From: Callorhinchus milii
Lineage: Eukaryota
Assembly (NCBI RefSeq): GCF_018977255.1
Contig: NW_024704751.1
Coordinates: 9,920,001 to 9,984,000, forward strand
DNA: 64,000 nt
Reading direction: 5' to 3'
The notes beneath the pieces are model-generated. The model saw only the letters and a list, made by a program, of their open reading frames with translations. It ran no database searches and was not told the DNA's origin. Within the stretch, counting starts at the first letter, position 1. Each line of letters starts with the position of its first letter. Shown in pieces: positions 58,321 to 64,000 of this stretch. Made by a program: the position numbers and the translations under genes.

Positions 58321-59703
58321 TATTTAAAGGAGTAGTATTCCTACCTATGATGTTGAAGAAATATATTCTATGTGTATGTGAATATTGCTGAAGATGGGAA
58401 GAATCCAATATTTAAAATGTTTGATCCTAGACGAGCTATAAATATATGTAATGAATGTCTTCTCCACATAACGGCGCAAAACATTCAGTTTAGTGGTGCT
58501 ACGCTCGACTGTTAGATACAATTCCAGAATGTTTGAAAGTTCTATTTCTTGTTCACAAAATTAATTGGAGAAACTTCATAAAGTATCTCATTTTTAAGTA
58601 AATGTTCCTAAATACAACAATCATTTCTTACAGACAAACGACAATTCATATCCCCCTTTCCCAACAGCAAGTTAGCTGGTATGAATTACATCTGGTTCAA
58701 CGGGATATCAGCTCTCACAAAGATATCTGATGATGCTTATTAATAACATTTGCCTTTTACAGCTTGTTTAAGTACATATATATTTCTTTTTAATCTCCCA
58801 AAGTTCAAAGCTTCAGCAATTATCTTTGCAGTTGATTGCTCGTTTACCTCAATGTTATATAACTGATCAAAGGATTTGTTCAATAGTCTGACAGTCTTCT
58901 CTTCATCAGTGCTCGCTTCTGGAGAAACAATCCTCGGTTCATTTGCAAATGCTGTCTTCTAAAAATCTGGACTTTATCAATTTTTTTAGTCATCAAAGAT
59001 ACCCATAAATGTAGCGCATTGGGAAGCATAGTTTAATGATGAAGCAAAAACTAGTTTTGATCCTATGTAATTAGTTCCTTTCAAAAACATTCTGTTTTCA
59101 AGTCATTCATTTTGAAAATAGTTGATTGACTTGCTTTGATGCCCATGTGTTGTTAAATTAGGGTCAAGGTTTTTGACTCAAGCTGGCCTTGCTTTTATAG
59201 TCAATTTTGTCTTCAGTTTCAAATTTGACATTGAATACTCGGGCTACATTACCTTCATGCTACTGACTGCAGAGGTGCCATCGATGTAAAGTTTGAGTAG
59301 ATACTCGAGGCAGTCTGTAAGCCACCTGTAAGGACATCTGTTGGCAATGTCATTGTGTATGGTACCATTTATTGTAGCATGTAGCAAGGCAATTGCCAAA
59401 CGACAGCCCACCATATCTTATTATATATATGTAGAGGGCCCATCTTTTATTATTGGGATCATAGTAATAAATCTTCCGGAGGGAAGCTAATGAGAGAAAC
59501 TGCTATCGGAAGCTGGAATAGTAATATGGAATGGCAGTTACTATCACATGCTAAATCAAGATGCATGTTACATGAGACTTCAAGTTATTATATTGTTTTT
59601 CCAGACTGATACATGTCAACTCAACTTGTCCTGAAATGTCATCTAACCCGAGGGAGGGGGAGAAAAGTAAATAAACAGAAAATGTGAATGGAAGAAAACT
59701 AAC

Positions 59704-59980
59704 CTTGAACATAGTTATTCCAGGTTCTCGTCCAGCCAATACATTGCTGTTGACAATCTGGGCAACTCTTGTGTCCTCTACCTCCATAAAGCCACTGACT
59801 AAGTCAGTCACATCGACTGACCAGTCAGGCCCCAACATGGTGATGACCTGATCGGTGCCTTCTGAAGAGGTGGTGTGAAACTGGGTGAGCACTCTCACTG
59901 ATGTGTGTTGATATTGCAGTGTGCAACCTCGACTTCTGCTTCGTTCTTCCTCATCCTCGTCCTCACTGTCACGGGTGGCT
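59704..59980 (-). CDS. TMEM132E: TMEM132E internal coding exon (ATRDSEDEDEEE...GCTLQYQH...GPDW...GITMFK)
   Basis: Acceptor tgtttcag|AGCC, donor TTCAAG|gttagt; 277 bp, phase 2 in and 0 out; TMEM132 signature GCTLQYQH and TQFHTTSSEGTDQV. Confidence 0.95.
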
Positions 59981-60129
59981 CTGAAACATGGAGCACATAC
60001 AGTATACACAATTACCTTTCACATCAGGAGGAAATCTAAAAGTGCTTCATATTCTAGTTGGTTCACCACGGTGGGGGTGGGAGACCAGGGGGTTGGAAAG
60101 ATGGCCAAAAGTGCTCTGCTCTGCTCACC

Positions 60130-60335
60130 AAACTTGCTAGCTCTTCCCTACACAACAGCAGAACTCTACAGCCCATGTCCTCTCCCACACCAGGCTCCGT
60201 GAGCCCATCACCCCCACCCTCGCTTGGCTCCACTGGCTCCTCATCCCCAGTGGATTGAGTTCAAGATCCTTGTTCTCAAGTACAAAAACTTCCATGGTCT
60301 TGCCCCACTTTAACCTCTGCAACTTCCTTCAAGCA
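60130..60335 (+). mobile_element. L2 ORF2 fragment
   Basis: PITPTLAWLHWLLIP..IEFKILV-like translation. Confidence 0.8.
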
Positions 60336-60449
60336 CACTGAACCAGCTATTCCAGCTATTCCCTTCCAACCACTGCTATGGGCAGTGCGGAAACCAGGAA
60401 AAATACATATTTTATATCATGTCAAAATATGCTGATGATAACAGTCTGG

Positions 60450-60565
60450 TTCATCGGGTAGGACTGGAGGAACAGACCAGTGAATGAGACCAGGGATTCT
60501 TCCACTCAGCTACTGTTAGCCCTACAAGTCAAATCCCTATCGGGTAGGGTAGTCCTAGCTGGAAA
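60450..60565. repeat. Unclassified old interspersed repeat, copy 3
   Basis: TCGGGTAGGGTAGTCCTAGCTGGA is shared with 55049-55072. Confidence 0.6.
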
Positions 60566-60586
60566 ATTTTCAATTAGTGTGAATAA

Positions 60587-60942
60587 TGTGGGGTCCTGTA
60601 GCTCCGTGGTTAGAGCACTTGTCTCGCAAGCAATAGATCTGGATTTGATTCCTGGCATGGCGAAATGTTGGGCAGGTTTCCTTACTCCACAGCCTGTTTA
60701 TCTAGCAGTAAGTCGGAAGTCGGTTGTTAGACAATTGTTAGATCACTTTTCCGCGGTTAATAATTCCTTAATTTGGTCACTCAATCCACGGCTGTTTGTG
60801 GGGACGCTGCTGTGCGCAATTGGCTGCCGCGTTTTGCCCACAAAATATAGTCAACTCACTTTATAGTATATCCTGTGAAGCGCTTTGGGACGTCCTCCTG
60901 ACGTGAAAAGCGCTATATCAAATGCAAGGATTATTATTATTA
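60587..60942 (+). mobile_element. Full-length tRNA-derived SINE with the L2-type tail variant (intronic)
   Basis: Head GTGGGGTCCTGTAGCTCCGTGGTTAGAGC; tail AGCGCTTTGGGACGTCCTCCTGACGTGAAAAGCGCT. Confidence 0.92.
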
Positions 60943-60994
60943 TGAACTGGAGTGTCAGCCTAGACAGTGAATTTAACTCCAGATGTGGGGCTTC

Positions 60995-61270
60995 ACATCT
61001 CACGTGATGAGATACAAGTCTCAAAGCGCTTCATAGGTAACTCCTGTAAAGTGAAGTGATTGTGTGTTTGAAGATAATTGAAGCAGCCAATTTGTTCACA
61101 GTAATGTTCCACAAATAGCCATAAAGTGAATTTAACTGGAGATTGTTGGACAGGACAGAAGGAGAAACTACCTTCTCTTTTCTAATAGTATCATGGGATC
61201 ATGACATCCATTTGAACAGACAAACGGGACATTGGTTTAATGTCTCATCTGAACTACAGCACTTGTCACA
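60995..61270 (-). mobile_element. Degenerate Deu-domain SINE
   Basis: CAGCCAATTTGTTCACAG...CATGGGATC...TTGGTTTAATGTCTCATCTGAA. Confidence 0.65.
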
Positions 61271-61584
61271 GCACTTTTTGTTCATTTATTGAATCTATGG
61301 ATTTAAATTAACCCTAATTGGAGAAAAACGCCAGTGCAGATTTGAATAGCCCATTTCTGTGCTGTAATGTTCTATTAAAAAAAAGCTTAAGCTGTAAATC
61401 TGAAGGATTGTATAATGACTTTCAAAAACCTATTTATGTCACTAAAATTTGAACTGAAAGTATTCAGTCAAAATAATTGTTTCTTCCATTCCACTGAGGA
61501 AATGATTCACATTACTGCTCATTTTCAGTGAAAATAGCTTCTACTTTATTGATTGGAAGATGCGAATGGATCTGGGCTACTTAC

Positions 61585-61790
61585 CTTCTGTCTGGTAGGA
61601 TGGGAACCCTCCAGCCTTTTACTTGGCTCAGTTTGCCATCTGACAACTCAATCTGCAGAGGAAGTTTTGGCACCCAAACAGTCAGCTCCAGCGGGGCACT
61701 CAAGTGCTCATAGCTGAAAACGACCCGAGCGTTCATTGAGCCTCGAGACTCTTTACCACTCACAAAGATGTAATCGCAGCCTTTGGAGAC
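61585..61790 (-). CDS. TMEM132E: TMEM132E internal coding exon (VSKGCDYIFVSGKESRGSMNARV...WVPKLPLQIELSD...GWRVPILPDR)
   Basis: Acceptor tttcacacag|GTCTCC, donor AGAAG|gtaagt; 206 bp, phase 0 in and 2 out, matching the next exon. Confidence 0.95.
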
Positions 61791-62659
61791 CTGTGTGAAA
61801 AAAGAGGAGTCTGAATGAACAGGAACCAGAATAAAAGGAAGCTTTGCTCTGGGCGTACTGAATTACAGAGCAGCACAATCTTGTATTCAGAGCTGAAACC
61901 AAAAATGTAAATGCCTCATAATTCCGAACTAAAGCATTGCTTACACAGACACAAACAGAAGTTTCATTTTGTTTCATATTTCTCCGTATTATCTCTAATT
62001 AGATTAAAATGTGATTTCATTAATTATGCAAATCCCATCATACGATTCTGGGAACATACCTTTATCATGTTAACATGAATTAAAAGTAATTGAGTTAATT
62101 ATAAAAAAAAGTAGATGTAAAAATTGTAAATATCTTTGTAAAATGGGAGGCATTGGCCTATAATACCATTGGAAATAATGTACAAAAATTAAGTTTGCCA
62201 AGTTTTGCCATTTTATCTCAAGTCTGACATGCAGAAATCCATCATCATGCTTAAGTGTACCAAAATCAGACCAAACCAGAGATTTCCATGTATGCGACAT
62301 CATTGAGACGTCTCAAAGCGCTTCAGAGAAGATACTGTAAAATGGATTCACTGTGTATTTTGTGACACAACTTTTGTAAGGATCACTTTAGATAAAAGGA
62401 AAAAAAAACTGCCTAAACATATATTCAGTAACAAATAACCCTTAAATTGTAAGTATGAAGCTAGTCCAGCTGGATGTCTAATGCTTGCTGAAACCCATCG
62501 CCATTGTATATATGCACAACACTGAATGGCTTTCTTTGTAATGTGAAGGTCTATGGTTCTAATTATAAATGGAAATTTCCCTGTGTCTGGAGTGGAATCT
62601 GACTCTCACACTGGAGGAACACACTCTGCTTTACTAATTCTGGAAAGTGTTAAGCGCAT

Positions 62660-62870
62660 TTGGCGAGAGCCAAGGTTTGGGACCCCAGAGTATATGTTGG
62701 GCTACCCCTGGAGTTTAACCAGCTAAAACCGCATAGCTTTATCTGGTAAGCTTTCTGCTGCTTGTCCACCGAGGACAACCGAGCCTTTGGATTGCAGGAG
62801 TGACAGGAGCCAAATGGGAAAAAAGCCAGCCTCCCCAGTGCCCAGTCTGCCCCTCCAAATCCTCCCAATC
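62660..62870. repeat. Unclassified old interspersed repeat, copy 4
   Basis: TTGGCGAGAGCCAAGGTTTGGGACCCCAGA...GCATAGCTT...GCTGCTTGTCCACCGAGGACAACC is collinear with 19885-20090. Confidence 0.65.
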
Positions 62871-63877
62871 ACAGTGCACTTGCAGTTGCCTTGGGAGTAC
62901 TGCAGACCTATCCGGCTCAGGAAACAGATTACAAAGACCTCTTTTGTCACATATTTCTGACATTCATCTGCCACCTTGATGAGCACAAAATTCAGCCAAG
63001 TGTTTCACAGCCTTCCAACTACAGGCTTTTTATAAGATGCTACAAAGTTGTACATTGTTGTGAGAGAAGATCTTTGCACTCAAACTGGTATTTTCTGCTG
63101 AAAGCAAATGAATCTGAAATGTTACTTAGGTTAATGACCCAGTACAATTATATTATAGCTAAACAATCTCAAAGCAGTTACTGAACATAGATACAGACCT
63201 TTACATTACTGTGGGCATTAAAGATTTAATTATACCTTTGAGGAATGTATTTTAGTTTATTCACTTAATCTTTTGAACACTTACTTTCTTGTTTGAAAAC
63301 TTGAGTATCTTTGCTCTTTGAGATCTTAATTCGCAAAATCACCTCTTTGGTTCTAAATGTGAAACACTGCATTTAAAACAAGCTGGTTGTTGGATGAACG
63401 CTTTTTGCAACCACAAATTGTTAACCATCGAGGCTGTGTCAGCATGTTTCAGCCTTCTAATGCACTCCTGCAGACTCATTAAAAAAACTTAAATCAATAG
63501 AAAGAGCAACGCGGTTGAAGAAAGTTCAGAGGTCTCTAACATGAAACTGCTGGCTTGTTGTGAAACAGTTATAAGATGAATTTTAAGGAACAGCTTCTTG
63601 ATTTTCAAGTTGCCTCACAAATCCTGGGATGCCCGGCTGGGTATCAAAGCAAAAAATAATGTGGATTTGAGATTGGCTGAGGGAAGGATGCAGAAGGCAG
63701 ATGTTAGGGGCTGCAGGAGACATTATTAAGTTGAGTGCCTCAGCGATGTTTACTGGGATCTCACCTTAGTGTATATCTTAACGACCTGGATTTACAGAGC
63801 CCATATAAGGTAGTCGTTGAGTTGTCTCAAAGCAATATGCCATAAAGTGGATTGGCTATGTATATTGCGGGCAAAAT

Positions 63878-63992
63878 TGTGGAGTCCTGTAACTGAGTGG
63901 TTAGAGCACTCGCTTTGCAAGCGAGAGATCTGAGTTCAATTCCAGGCAGAGGGCGAAACCTTGGCCAAGTTTCCTTACTCCACACAGAGCCT
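63878..63992 (+). mobile_element. tRNA-derived SINE head
   Basis: GTGGAGTCCTGTAACTGAGTGGTTAGAGCACTCGC...AAGTTTCCTTACTCCACAC. Confidence 0.88.
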
Positions 63993-64000
63993 AATAATAA

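Noticed and set aside
62723-62986. Minus-strand ORFs that could be an additional TMEM132E exon
   Set aside because: No similarity to the expected upstream exon (..NTAILTG..), and the DNA matches the dispersed repeat at 19885-20090.
1252-63992. Many near-identical dispersed repeats suggesting a CRISPR-like array
   Set aside because: Irregular spacing, both strands, truncations and microsatellite tails mark them as retroposons; there are no cas-like ORFs.

Overview
Vertebrate genomic DNA, most likely a cartilaginous fish. The repeat complement (a young tRNA-Ala-like SINE, Deu-domain SINEs, LF-SINE-like copies, shark-type CR1/L2 and Penelope-type termini) fits a holocephalan such as the elephant shark, but the species is my inference. 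The only supported protein-coding gene is the 3' part of TMEM132E on the minus strand. It has four coding exons with GT-AG boundaries and consistent phases (61585-61790, 59704-59980, 56945-57136, 46458-47666); the upstream exons appear to lie beyond base 64000. A probable AT-rich 3' UTR runs to about 42-44 kb, followed by about 41 kb of repeat-rich intergenic DNA with several repeat-free candidate enhancers. No prokaryotic-type system (CRISPR, operon) and no novel protein-coding system is supported. The most interesting signals are non-coding: (1) a ~100-bp unit carrying a minimal hammerhead-ribozyme motif, inserted with an 8-bp target-site duplication and present in several copies; (2) swapping and stacking of 3' stem-loop tails between SINEs and L2 LINEs; (3) LF-SINE-like copies; (4) an old repeat family I cannot classify, in at least 4 copies; (5) perfect or near-perfect hairpins. 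Repeat boundaries are approximate, and family names come from recognition rather than database searches.
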